64,000 bases of DNA from Eledone cirrhosa (Eukaryota): assembly GCA_964016885.1 (NCBI GenBank), contig OZ024740.1, positions 429,350,001 through 429,414,000 of the forward strand. Reading direction: 5' to 3'. The notes below the pieces were generated by a model that was not told where the DNA came from, ran no database searches, and saw only the letters and a program-made list of their open reading frames with translations. Of this stretch, positions 1-15,000 are shown one piece after another. The first letter of the stretch is position 1; each line of letters starts with the position of its first letter. The translations under genes and the position numbers were made by a program.

Positions 1-3000
1 TTAGATCTAACTTCCTAACACTAATATGTCAGTCATTCATTTAACTGTTAGTTCTAACTTCATAACACTAATATGTCAGCCATTGATTTAACTGTTAGTT
101 CTAACTTCCTGACACTAATATGTCAGTCATTGATTTAACTGTTAGTTCTAACTTCCTAACACTAATATGTCAGCCATTGATTCAACTGTTAGTTGTAACT
201 TCCTAACACTAATATGTCAGCCGTTGATTTAACTGTTAGTTGTAACTTCCCAACACTAATATGTCAGTCATTGATTTAACTTTTGTAACTTCCTAACACT
301 AATATGTCAGTCATTGATTTAACTGTTAGTTGTAACTTCCTAACACTAATATGTCAGTCATTGATTTAACTGTTGTAACTTCCTAACACTAATACGTCAG
401 TCATTGATTTAACTGTTAGTTCTAACTTCCTAACACTAATATGTCAGCCATTGATTTAACTGTTAGTTCTAACTTCCTAACACTAATATGTCAGTCATTG
501 ATTTAACTGTTAGTTGTAACTTCCTAACACTAATATGTCAGTCATTGATTTAACTGTTAGTTCTAACTTCCTAACACTAATATGTCAGTCATTGATTTAA
601 CTGTTAGTTCTAACTTCCTAACACTAATATGTCAGTCATTGATTTAACTGTTAGTTGTAACTTCCTAACACTAATATGTCAGTCATTGATTTAACTGTTA
701 GTTGTAACTTCCTAACACTAATATGTCAGTCATTGATTTAACTGTTAGTTCTACCTTCCTAACACTAATATGTCAGTCATTGATTTAACTGTTAGTACTA
801 ACTTCCTAACACTAATATGTCAGTCATTGATTTAACTGTTAGTTGTAACTTCCTAACACTAATATGTCAGTCATTGATTTAACTGTTAGTTCCAACTTCC
901 TAACACTAATATGTCAGTCATTGATTTAACTGTTAGTTGTAACTTCCTAACACTAATATGTCAGTCATTGATTTAACTGTTAGTTCTAACTTCCTCACAC
1001 TAATATGTCAGTCATTGATTTAACTGTTAGTTCTAACTTCCTAACACTAATATGTCAGTCATTGATTTAACTGTTAGTTCTAACTTCCTAACACTAATAT
1101 GTCAGCCATTGATTTAACTGTTAGTTCTAACTTCCTAACACTAATATGTCAGTCATTGATTTAACTGTTAGTTCTAACTTCCAACACTAATATGTCAGTC
1201 ATTGATTTAACTGTTAGTTCTAACTTCCTAACACTAATATGTCAGCCATTGATTTAACTGTTAGTTGTAACTTCCTAACACTAATATGTCAGCCATTGAT
1301 TTAACTGTTAGTTGTAACTTCCCAACACTAATATGTCAGTCATTGATTTAACTGTTAGTTGTAACTTCCTAACACTAATATGTCAGTCATTGATTTAACT
1401 GTTAGTTCCAACTTCCTAACGCTAATATGTCAGTCATTGATTTAACTGTTAGTTGTAACTTCCTAACACTAATATGTCAGTCATTGATTTAACTGTTAGT
1501 TCTAACTTCCTAACACTAATACGTCAGTCATTGATTTAACTGTTAATTCTATCTTCCTAACACTAATATGTCAGTCATTGATTTAACTGTTAGTTCTAAC
1601 TTCCTAACACTAATATGTCAGCCATTGATTTAACTGTTAGTTCTAACTTCCTAACACTAATATGTCAGTCATTGATATAACTGTTAATTCTAACTTCCTA
1701 ACACTAATATGTCAGTCATTGATTTAACTGTTAGTTCTAACTTCCTAACACTAATATGTCAGCCATTGATTTAACTGTTAGTTGTAACTTCCTAACACTA
1801 ATATGTCAGCCATTGATTTAACTGTTAGTTGTAACTTCCCAAAACTAATATGTCAGTCATTGATTTAACTGTTAGTTGTAACTTCCTAACACTAATATGT
1901 CAGTCATTGATTTAACTGTTAGTTGTAACTTCCTAACACTAATATGTCAGTCATTGATTTAACTGTTGTAACTTTCTAACCATAATATGTCAGTCATTGA
2001 TTTAACTGTTAGTTCTAACTTCCTAACACTAATATGTCAGCCATTGATTTAACTGTTAGTTGTAACTTCCTAACACTAATATGTCAGACATTGATTTAAC
2101 TGTTAGTTGTAACTTCCCAACACTAATATGTCAGTCATTGATTTAACTTTTGTAACTTCCTAAAAAATAATATGTCAGTCATTGATTTAACTGTTAGTTG
2201 TAACTTCCTAACACTAATATGTCAGTCATTGATTTAACTGTTGTAACTTCCTAACACTAATATGTCAGTCATTGATTTAACTGTTAGTTCTAACTTCCTA
2301 ACACTAATATGTCAGCCATTGATTTAACTGTTAGTTCTAACTTCCTAACACTAATATGTCAGTCATTGATTTAACTGTTAGTTGTAACTTCCTAACACTA
2401 ATATGTCAGTCATTGATTTAACTGTTAGTTGTAACTTCCTAACACTAATATGTCAGTCATTGATTTAACTGTTAGTTGTAACTTCCTAACACTAATATGT
2501 CAGTCATTGATTTAACTGTTAGTTGTAACTTCCTAACACTAATATGTCAGTCATTGATTTAACTGTTAGTTGTAACTTCCTAACACTATTATGTCAGTCA
2601 TTGATTTAACTGTTAGTTCTAACTTCCTAACACTAATATGTCAGTCATTGATTTAACTGTTAGTTCTAACTTCCTAACACTAATATGTCAGTCATTGATT
2701 TAACTGTTAGTTGTAACATCCTAACACTAATATGTCAGTCATTGATTTAACTGTTAGTTCCAACTTCCTAACACTAATATGTCAGTCATTGATTTAACTG
2801 TGTGTTGTAACTTCCTAACGCTAATATGTCAGTCATTGATTTAACTGTTAGTTCTAACTTCTTCACACTAATATGTCAGTCATTGATTTAACTGTTAGTT
2901 CTAACTTCCTAACACTAATATGTCAGTCATTGATTTAACTGTTAGTTCTAACTTCCTAACACTAATATGTCAGCCATTGATTTAACTGTTAGTTCTAACT

Positions 3001-6000
3001 TCCTAACACTAATATGTCAGTCATTGATTTAACTGTTAGTTCTAACTTCGAACACTAATATGTCAGTCATTGATTTAACTGTTAGTTCTAACTTCCTAAC
3101 ACTAATATGTCAGCCATTGATTTAACTGTTAGTTCTAACTTCCTAACACTAATATGTCAGCCATTGATTTAACTGTTAGTTGTAACTTCCTAACACTAAT
3201 ATGTCAGCCATTGATTTAACTGTTAGTTGTAACTTCCTAACACTAATATGTCAGACATTGATTTAACTGTTAGTTGTAACTTCCCAACACTAATATGTCA
3301 GTCATTGATTTAACTTTTGTAACTTCCTAAAAAATAATATGTCAGTCATTGATTTAACTGTTAGTTGTAACTTCCTAACACTAATATGTCAGTCATTGAT
3401 TTAACTGTTGTAACTTCCTAACACTAATATGTCAGTCATTGATTTAACTGTTAGTTCTAACTTCCTAACACTAATATGTCAGCCATTGATTTAACTGTTA
3501 GTTCTAACTTCTTAACACTAATATGTCAGTCATTGATTTAACTGTTAGTTGTAACTTCCTAACACTAATATGTCAGTCATTGATTTAACTGTTAGTTGTA
3601 ACTTCCTAACACTAATATGTCAGTCATTGATTTAACTGTTAGTTGTAACTTCCTAACACTAATATGTCAGTCATTGATTTAACTGTTGTAACTTTCTAAC
3701 CATAATATGTCAGTCATTGATTTAACTGTTAGTTCTAACTTCCTAACACTAATATGTCAGCCATTGATTTAACTGTTAGTTGTAACTTCCTGACACTAAT
3801 ATGTCAGACATTGATTTAACTGTTAGTTGTAACTTCCCAACACTAATATGTCAGTCATTGATTTAACTTTTGTAACTTCCTAAAAAATAATATGTCAGTC
3901 ATTGATTTAACTGTTAGTTGTAACTTCCTAACACTAATATGTCAGTCATTGATTTAACTGTTGTAACTTCCTAACACTAATATGTCAGTCATTGATTTAA
4001 CTGTTAGTTCTAACTTCCTAACACTAATATGTCAGCCATTGATTTAACTGTTAGTTCTAACTTCCTAGCACTAATATGTCAGTCATTGATTTAACTGTTA
4101 GTTGTAACTTCCTAACACTAATATGTCAGTCATTGATTTAACTGTTAGTTGTAACTTCCTAACACTAATATGTCAGTCATTGATTTAACTGTTAGTTGTA
4201 ACTTCCTAACACTAATATGTCAGTCATTGATTTAACTGTTAGTTGTAACTTCCTAACACTAATATGTCAGTCATTGATTTAACTGTTAGTTGTAACTTCC
4301 TAACACTATTATGTCAGTCATTGATTTAACTGTTAGTTCTAACTTCCTAACACTATTATGTCAGTCATTGATTTAGCTGTTAGTTCTAACTTCCTAACAC
4401 TAATATGTCAGTCATTGATTTAACTGTTAGTTGTAACATCCTAACACTAATATGTCAGTCATTGATTTAACTGTTAGTTCCAACTTCCTAACACTAATAT
4501 GTCAGTCATTGATTTAACTGTGTGTTGTAACTTCCTAACGCTAATATGTCAGTCATTGATTTAACTGTTAGTTCTAACTTCTTCACACTAATATGTCAGT
4601 CATTGATTTAACTGTTAGTTCTAACTTCCTAACACTAATATGTCAGTCATTGATTTAACTGTTAGTTCTAACTTCCTAACACTAATATGTCAGCCATTGA
4701 TTTAACTGTTAGTTCTAACTTCCTAACACTAATATGTCAGTCATTGATTTAACTGTTAGTTCTAACTTCGAACACTAATATGTCAGTCATTGATTTAACT
4801 GTTAGTTCTAACTTCCTAACACTAATATGTCAGCCATTGATTTAACTGTTAGTTCTAACTTCCTAACACTAATATGTCAGCCATTGATTTAACTGTTAGT
4901 TGTAACTTCCTAACACTAATATGTCAGACATTGATTTAACTGTTAGTTGTAACTTCCCAACACTAATATGTCAGTCATTGATTTAACTTTTGTAACTTCC
5001 TAAAAAATAATATGTCAGTCATTGATTTAACTGTTAGTTGTAACTTCCTAACACTAATATGTCAGTCATTGATTTAACTGTTGTAACTTCCTAACACTAA
5101 TATGTCAGTCATTGATTTAACTGTTAGTTCTAACTTCCTAACACTAATATGTCAGCCATTGATTTAACTGTTAGTTCTAACTTCTTAACACTAATATGTC
5201 AGTCATTGATTTAACTGTTAGTTGTAACTTCCTAACACTAATATGTCAGTCATTGATTTAACTGTTAGTTGTAACTTCCTAACACTAATATGTCACTCAT
5301 TGATTTAACTGTTAGTTGTAACTTCCTAACACTAGTATGTCAGTCATTGATTTAACTGTTAGTTGTAACTTCCTAACACTAATATGTCAGTCATTGATTT
5401 AACTGTTAGTTGTAACTTCCTAACACTAATATGTCAGTCATTGATTTAACTGTTAGTTCTAACTTCCTAACACTAATATGTCAGTCATTGATTCAACTGT
5501 TAGATGTAACTACCTAACACTAATATGTCAGCCATTGATTTAACTGTTAGGTGTAACTTCCTAACACTAATATGTCAGCCATTGATTTAACTGTTAGTTG
5601 TAACTTCCTAACACTAATATGTCAGTCATTGATTTAACTGTTAGTTCTAACTTCCTAACACTAATATGTCAGTCATTGATTTAACTGTTAGTTGTAACTT
5701 CCTAACACTAATATGTCAGTCATTGATTTAACTGTTAGTTGTAACTTCCTAACACTAATATGTCAGCCATTGATTTAACTGTTAGTTGTAACTTCCTAAC
5801 ACTAATATGTCAGTCATTGATTTAACTGTTAGTTCTAACTTCCTAACACTAATATGTCAGTCATTGATTTAACTGTTAGTTCTAACTTCCAACACTAATA
5901 TGTCAGTCATTGATTTAACTGTTAGTTCTAACTTCCTAACACTAATATGTCAGCCATTGATTTAACTGTTAGTTGTAACTTCCTAACACTAATATGTCAG

Positions 6001-9000
6001 CCATTGATTTAACTGTTAGTTGTAACTTCCCAACACTAATATGTCAGTCATTGATTTAACTGTTGTAACTTCCTAACACTAATATGTCAGTCATTGATTT
6101 AACTGTTAGTTCTAACTTCCTAACACTAATATGTCAGCCATTGATTTAACTGTTAGTTCTAACTTCCTAGCACTAATATGTCAGTCATTGATTTAACTGT
6201 TAGTTGTAACTTCCTAACACTAATATGTCAGTCATTGATTTAACTGTTAGTTGTAACTTCCTAACACTAATATGTCAGTCATTGATTTAACTGTTAGTTG
6301 TAACTTCCTAACACTAATATGTCAGTCATTGATTTAACTGTTAGTTGTAACTTCCTAACACTAATATGTCAGTCATTGATTTAACTGTTAGTTGTAACTT
6401 CCTAACACTATTATGTCAGTCATTGATTTAACTGTTAGTTCTAACTTCCTAACACTATTATGTCAGTCATTGATTTAGCTGTTAGTTCTAACTTCCTAAC
6501 ACTAATATGTCAGTCATTGATTTAACTGTTAGTTGTAACATCCTAACACTAATATGTCAGTCATTGATTTAACTGTTAGTTCCAACTTCCTAACACTAAT
6601 ATGTCAGTCATTGATTTAACTGTGTGTTGTAACTTCCTAACGCTAATATGTCAGTCATTGATTTAACTGTTAGTTCTAACTTCTTCACACTAATATGTCA
6701 GTCATTGATTTAACTGTTAGTTCTAACTTCCTAACACTAATATGTCAGTCATTGATTTAACTGTTAGTTCTAACTTCCTAACACTAATATGTCAGCCATT
6801 GATTTAACTGTTAGTTCTAACTTCCTAACACTAATATGTCAGTCATTGATTTAACTGTTAGTTCTAACTTCGAACACTAATATGTCAGTCATTGATTTAA
6901 CTGTTAGTTCTAACTTCCTAACACTAATATGTCAGCCATTGATTTAACTGTTAGTTCTAACTTCCTAACACTAATATGTCAGCCATTGATTTAACTGTTA
7001 GTTGTAACTTCCTAACACTAATATGTCAGACATTGATTTAACTGTTAGTTGTAACTTCCCAACACTAATATGTCAGTCATTGATTTAACTTTTGTAACTT
7101 CCTAAAAAATAATATGTCAGTCATTGATTTAACTGTTAGTTGTAACTTCCTAACACTAATATGTCAGTCATTGATTTAACTGTTGTAACTTCCTAACACT
7201 AATATGTCAGTCATTGATTTAACTGTTAGTTCTAACTTCCTAACACTAATATGTCAGCCATTGATTTAACTGTTAGTTCTAACTTCTTAACACTAATATG
7301 TCAGTCATTGATTTAACTGTTAGTTGTAACTTCCTAACACTAATATGTCAGTCATTGATTTAACTGTTAGTTGTAACTTCCTAACACTAATATGTCACTC
7401 ATTGATTTAACTGTTAGTTGTAACTTCCTAACACTAGTATGTCAGTCATTGATTTAACTGTTAGTTGTAACTTCCTAACACTAATATGTCAGTCATTGAT
7501 TTAACTGTTAGTTGTAACTTCCTAACACTAATATGTCAGTCATTGATTTAACTGTTAGTTCTAACTTCCTAACACTAATATGTCAGTCATTGATTCAACT
7601 GTTAGATGTAACTACCTAACACTAATATGTCAGCCATTGATTTAACTGTTAGGTGTAACTTCCTAACACTAATATGTCAGCCATTGATTTAACTGTTAGT
7701 TGTAACTTCCTAACACTAATATGTCAGTCATTGATTTAACTGTTAGTTCTAACTTCCTAACACTAATATGTCAGTCATTGATTTAACTGTTAGTTGTAAC
7801 TTCCTAACACTAATATGTCAGTCATTGATTTAACTGTTAGTTGTAACTTCCTAACACTAATATGTCAGCCATTGATTTAACTGTTAGTTGTAACTTCCTA
7901 ACACTAATATGTCAGTCATTGATTTAACTGTTAGTTCTAACTTCCTAACACTAATATGTCAGTCATTGATTTAACTGTTAGTTCTAACTTCCAACACTAA
8001 TATGTCAGTCATTGATTTAACTGTTAGTTCTAACTTCCTAACACTAATATGTCAGCCATTGATTTAACTGTTAGTTGTAACTTCCTAACACTAATATGTC
8101 AGCCATTGATTTAACTGTTAGTTGTAACTTCCCAACACTAATATGTCAGTCATTGATTTAACTGTTAGTTGTAACTTCCTAACACTAATATGTCAGTCAT
8201 TGATTTAACTGTTAGTTCCAACTTCCTAACGCTAATATGTCAGTCATTGATTTAACTGTTAGTTGTAACTTCCTAACACTAATATGTCAGTCATTGATTT
8301 AACTGTTAGTTCTAACTTCCTAACACTAATACGTCAGTCATTGATTTAACTGTTAATTCTATCTTCCTAACACTAATATGTCAGTCATTGATTTAACTGT
8401 TAGTTCTAACTTCCTAACACTAATATGTCAGCCATTGATTTAACTGTTAGTTCTAACTTCCTAACACTAATATGTCAGTCATTGATATAACTGTTAATTC
8501 TAACTTCCTAACACTAATATGTCAGTCATTGATTTAACTGTTAGTTCTAACTTCCTAACACTAATATGTCAGCCATTGATTTAACTGATAGTTGTAACTT
8601 CCTAACACTAATATGTCAGCCATTGATTTAACTGTTAGTTGTAACTTCCCAAAACTAATATGTCAGTCATTGATTTAACTGTTAGTTGTAACTTCCTAAC
8701 ACTAATATGTCAGTCATTGATTTAACTGTTAGTTGTAACCTCCTAACACTAATATGTCAGTCATTGATTTAACTGTTGTAACTTTCTAACCATAATATGT
8801 CAGTCATTGATTTAACTGTTAGTTCTAACTTCCTAACACTAATATGTCAGCCATTGATTTAACTGTTAGTTGTAACTTCCTAACACTAATATGTCAGACA
8901 TTGATTTAACTGTTAGTTGTAACTTCCCAACACTAATATGTCAGTCATTGATTTAACTTTTGTAACTTCCTAAAAAATAATATGTCAGTCATTGATTTAA

Positions 9001-12000
9001 CTGTTAGTTGTAACTTCCTAACACTAATATGTCAGTCATTGATTTAACTGTTGTAACTTCCTAACACTAATATGTCAGTCATTGATTTAACTGTTAGTTC
9101 TAACTTCCTAACACTAATATGTCAGCCATTGATTTAACTGTTAGTTCTAACTTCCTAACACTAATATGTCAGTCATTGATTTAACTGTTAGTTGTAACTT
9201 CCTAACACTAATATGTCAGTCATTGATTTAACTGTTAGTTGTAACTTCCTAACACTAATATGTCAGTCATTGATTTAACTGTTAGTTGTAACTTCCTAAC
9301 ACTAATATGTCAGTCATTGATTTAACTGTTAGTTGTAACTTCCTAACACTAATATGTCAGTCATTGATTTAACTGTTAGTTGTAACTTCCTAACACTATT
9401 ATGTCAGTCATTGATTTAACTGTTAGTTCTAACTTCCTAACACTAATATGTCAGTCATTGATTTAACTGTTAGTTCTAACTTCCTAACACTAATATGTCA
9501 GTCATTGATTTAACTGTTAGTTGTAACATCCTAACACTAATATGTCAGTCATTGATTTAACTGTTAGTTCCAACTTCCTAACACTAATATGTCAGTCATT
9601 GATTTAACTGTGTGTTGTAACTTCCTAACGCTAATATGTCAGTCATTGATTTAACTGTTAGTTCTAACTTCTTCACACTAATATGTCAGTCATTGATTTA
9701 ACTGTTAGTTCTAACTTCCTAACACTAATATGTCAGTCATTGATTTAACTGTTAGTTCTAACTTCCTAACACTAATATGTCAGCCATTGATTTAACTGTT
9801 AGTTCTAACTTCCTAACACTAATATGTCAGTCATTGATTTAACTGTTAGTTCTAACTTCGAACACTAATATGTCAGTCATTGATTTAACTGTTAGTTCTA
9901 ACTTCCTAACACTAATATGTCAGCCATTGATTTAACTGTTAGTTCTAACTTCCTAACACTAATATGTCAGCCATTGATTTAACTGTTAGTTGTAACTTCC
10001 TAACACTAATATGTCAGCCATTGATTTAACTGTTAGTTGTAACTTCCTAACACTAATATGTCAGACATTGATTTAACTGTTAGTTGTAACTTCCCAACAC
10101 TAATATGTCAGTCATTGATTTAACTTTTGTAACTTCCTAAAAAATAATATGTCAGTCATTGATTTAACTGTTAGTTGTAACTTCCTAACACTAATATGTC
10201 AGTCATTGATTTAACTGTTGTAACTTCCTAACACTAATATGTCAGTCATTGATTTAACTGTTAGTTCTAACTTCCTAACACTAATATGTCAGCCATTGAT
10301 TTAACTGTTAGTTCTAACTTCTTAACACTAATATGTCAGTCATTGATTTAACTGTTAGTTGTAACTTCCTAACACTAATATGTCAGTCATTGATTTAACT
10401 GTTAGTTGTAACTTCCTAACACTAATATGTCAGTCATTGATTTAACTGTTAGTTGTAACTTCCTAACACTAATATGTCAGTCATTGATTTAACTGTTGTA
10501 ACTTCCTAACACTAATATGTCAGTCATTGATTTAACTGTTAGTTCTAACTTCCTAACACTAATATGTCAGCCATTGATTTAACTGTTAGTTCTAACTTCC
10601 TAACACTAATATGTCAGTCATTGATTTAACTGTTAGTTGTAACTTCCTAACACTAATATGTCAGTCATTGATTTAACTGTTAGTTGTAACTTCCTAACAC
10701 TAATATGTCAGTCATTGATTTAACTGTTAGTTGTAACTTCCTAACACTAATATGTCAGTCATTGATTTAACTGTTAGTTGTAACTTCCTAACACTAATAT
10801 GTCAGTCATTGATTTAACTGTTAGTTGTAACTTCCTAACACTATTATGTCAGTCATTGATTTAACTGTTAGTTCTAACTTCCTAACACTAATATGTCAGT
10901 CATTGATTTAACTGTTAGTTCTAACTTCCTAACACTAATATGTCAGTCATTGATTTAACTGTTAGTTGTAACATCCTAACACTAATATGTCAGTCATTGA
11001 TTTAACTGTTAGTTCCAACTTCCTAACACTAATATGTCAGTCATTGATTTAACTGTGTGTTGTAACTTCCTAACGCTAATATGTCAGTCATTGATTTAAC
11101 TGTTAGTTGTAACTTCCTAACACTAATATGTCAGTCATTGATTTAACTGTTGTAACTTCCTAACACTAATATGTCAGTCATTGATTTAACTGTTAGTTCT
11201 AACTTCCTAACACTAATATGTCAGCCATTGATTTAACTGTTAGTTCTAACTTCCTAACACTAATATGTCAGTCATTGATTTAACTGTTAGTTGTAACTTC
11301 CTAACACTAATATGTCAGTCATTGATTTAACTGTTAGTTGTAACTTCCTAACACTAATATGTCAGTCATTGATTTAACTGTTAGTTGTAACTTCCTAACA
11401 CTAATATGTCAGTCATTGATTTAACTGTTAGTTGTAACTTCCTAACACTAATATGTCAGTCATTGATTTAACTGTTAGTTGTAACTTCCTAACACTATTA
11501 TGTCAGTCATTGATTTAACTGTTAGTTCTAACTTCCTAACACTAATATGTCAGTCATTGATTTAACTGTTAGTTCTAACTTCCTAACACTAATATGTCAG
11601 TCATTGATTTAACTGTTAGTTGTAACATCCTAACACTAATATGTCAGTCATTGATTTAACTGTTAGTTCCAACTTCCTAACACTAATATGTCAGTCATTG
11701 ATTTAACTGTGTGTTGTAACTTCCTAACGCTAATATGTCAGTCATTGATTTAACTGTTAGTTCTAACTTCTTCACACTAATATGTCAGTCATTGATTTAA
11801 CTGTTAGTTCTAACTTCCTAACACTAATATGTCAGTCATTGATTTAACTGTTAGTTCTAACTTCCTAACACTAATATGTCAGCCATTGATTTAACTGTTA
11901 GTTCTAACTTCCTAACACTAATATGTCAGTCATTGATTTAACTGTTAGTTCTAACTTCGAACACTAATATGTCAGTCATTGATTTAACTGTTAGTTCTAA

Positions 12001-15000
12001 CTTCCTAACACTAATATGTCAGCCATTGATTTAACTGTTAGTTCTAACTTCCTAACACTAATATGTCAGCCATTGATTTAACTGTTAGTTGTAACTTCCT
12101 AACACTAATATGTCAGCCATTGATTTAACTGTTAGTTGTAACTTCCTAACACTAATATGTCAGACATTGATTTAACTGTTAGTTGTAACTTCCCAACACT
12201 AATATGTCAGTCATTGATTTAACTTTTGTAACTTCCTAAAAAATAATATGTCAGTCATTGATTTAACTGTTAGTTGTAACTTCCTAACACTAATATGTCA
12301 GTCATTGATTTAACTGTTGTAACTTCCTAACACTAATATGTCAGTCATTGATTTAACTGTTAGTTCTAACTTCCTAACACTAATATGTCAGCCATTGATT
12401 TAACTGTTAGTTCTAACTTCTTAACACTAATATGTCAGTCATTGATTTAACTGTTAGTTGTAACTTCCTAACACTAATATGTCAGTCATTGATTTAACTG
12501 TTAGTTGTAACTTCCTAACACTAATATGTCACTCATTGATTTAACTGTTAGTTGTAACTTCCTAACACTAGTATGTCAGTCATTGATTTAACTGTTAGTT
12601 GTAACTTCCTAACACTAATATGTCAGTCATTGATTTAACTGTTAGTTGTAACTTCCTAACACTAATATGTCAGTCATTGATTTAACTGTTAGTTCTAACT
12701 TCCTAACACTAATATGTCAGTCATTGATTCAACTGTTAGATGTAACTACCTAACACTAATATGTCAGCCATTGATTTAACTGTTAGGTGTAACTTCCTAA
12801 CACTAATATGTCAGCCATTGATTTAACTGTTAGTTGTAACTTCCTAACACTAATATGTCAGTCATTGATTTAACTGTTAGTTCTAACTTCCTAAGACTAA
12901 TATGTCAGTCATTGATTTAACTGTTAGTTGTAACTTCCTAACACTAATATCTCAGTCATTGATTTAACTGTTAGTTGTAACTTCCTAACACTAATATGTC
13001 AGTCATTGATTTAACTGTTAGTTCTAACTTCCTAACACTAATATGTCAGTCATTGATTTAACTGTTAGTTGTAACTTCCTAACACTAATATGTCAGTCAT
13101 TGATTTAACTGTTAGTTCCAACTTCCTAACACTAATATGTCAGTCATTGATTTAACTGTTAGTTGTAACTTCCTAACACTAATATGTCAGTCATTGATTT
13201 AACTGTTAGTTCTAACTTCCAACACTAATATGTCAGTCATTGATGTAACTGTTAGTTCTAACTTCCTAACACTAATATGTCAGTCATTGATTTAACTGTT
13301 AGTTGTAACTTCCTAACACTAATATGTCAGTCATTGATTTAACTGTTAGTTGTAACTTCCTAACACTAATATGTCAGTCATTGATTTAACTGTTAGTTGT
13401 AACTTCCTAACACTAATATGTCAGACATTGATTTAACTTTTAGTTGTAACTTCCTAACACTAATATGTCAGTCATTGATTTAACTGTTAGTTCTAATTTC
13501 CTAACACTAATATGTCAGTCATTGATTTAACTGTTAGTTCTAACTTCCTAACACTAATATGTCAGTCATTGTTTTAACTGTTAGTTCTAACTTCCTAACA
13601 CTAATATGTCAGCCATTGATTTAACTGTTACTTCTAACTTCCTAACACTAATATGTCAGCCTTTGATTTAACTGTTAGTTCCAACTTCCTAACACTAATA
13701 TGTCAGTCATTGATTTAACTGTTACTTCTAACTTCCTAACACTAATATGTCAGTCATTGATTTAACTGTGTGTTGTAACTTCCTAACACTAATATGTCAG
13801 TCATTGATTTAACTGTTAGTTGTAATTCCTAACACTAATATGTCAGTCATTGATTTAACTGTTAGTTCTAACTTCCTAACACTAATATGTCAGCCATTGA
13901 TTCAACTGTTAGTTGTAACTTCCTAACACTAATATGTCAGCCATTGATTTAACTGTTAGTTGTAACTTCCCAACACTAATATGTCAGTCATTGATTTAAC
14001 TTTTGTAACTTCCTAACACTAATATGTCAGTCATTGATTTAACTGTTAGTTGTAACTTCCTAACACTAATATGTCAGTCATTGATTTAACTGTTAGTTCT
14101 ACCTTCCTAACACTAATATGTCAGTCATTGATTTAACTGTTAGTTGTAACTTCCTAACACTAATATGTCAGTCATTGATTTAACTGTTAGTTGTAACTTC
14201 CTAACACTAATATGTCAGTCATTGATTTAACTGTTGTAACTTCCTAACACTAATATGTCAGTCATTGATTTAACTGTTAGTTCTAACTTCCTAACACTAA
14301 TATGTCAGCCATTGATTTAACTGTTAGTTCTAACTTCCTAACACTAATATGTCAGTCATTGATGTAACTGTTAGTTGTAACTTCCTAACACTAATATGTC
14401 AGTCATTGATTTAACTGTTAGTTGTAACTTCCTAACACTAATATGTCAGTCATTGATTTAACTGTTAATCGTAACTTCTAACACTAATATGTCAGTCATT
14501 GATTTAACTGTTAGTTGTAACTTCCTAACACTAATATGTCAGTCATTGATTTAACTGTTAGTTGTAACTTCCTAACACTAATATGTCAGTCATTGATTTA
14601 ACTGTTAGTTGTAACTTCCTAACACTAATATGTCACTCATTGATTTAACTGTTAGTTGTAACTTCCTAACACTAGTATGTCAGTCATTGATTTAACTGTT
14701 AGTTGTAACTTCCTAACACTAATATGTCAGTCATTGATTTAACTGTTAGTTCTAACTTCCTAACACTAATATTTCAGCCATTGATTTAACTGTTAGTTCT
14801 AACTTCTTAACACTAATATGTCAGTCATTGATTTAACTGTTAGTTGTAACTTCCTAACACTAATATGTCAGTCATTGATTTAACTGTTAGTTGTAACTTC
14901 CTAACACTAGTATGTCAGTCATTGATTTAACTGTTAGTTGTAACTTCCTAACACTAATATGTCAGTCATTGATTTAACTGTTAGTTGTAACTTCCTAACA

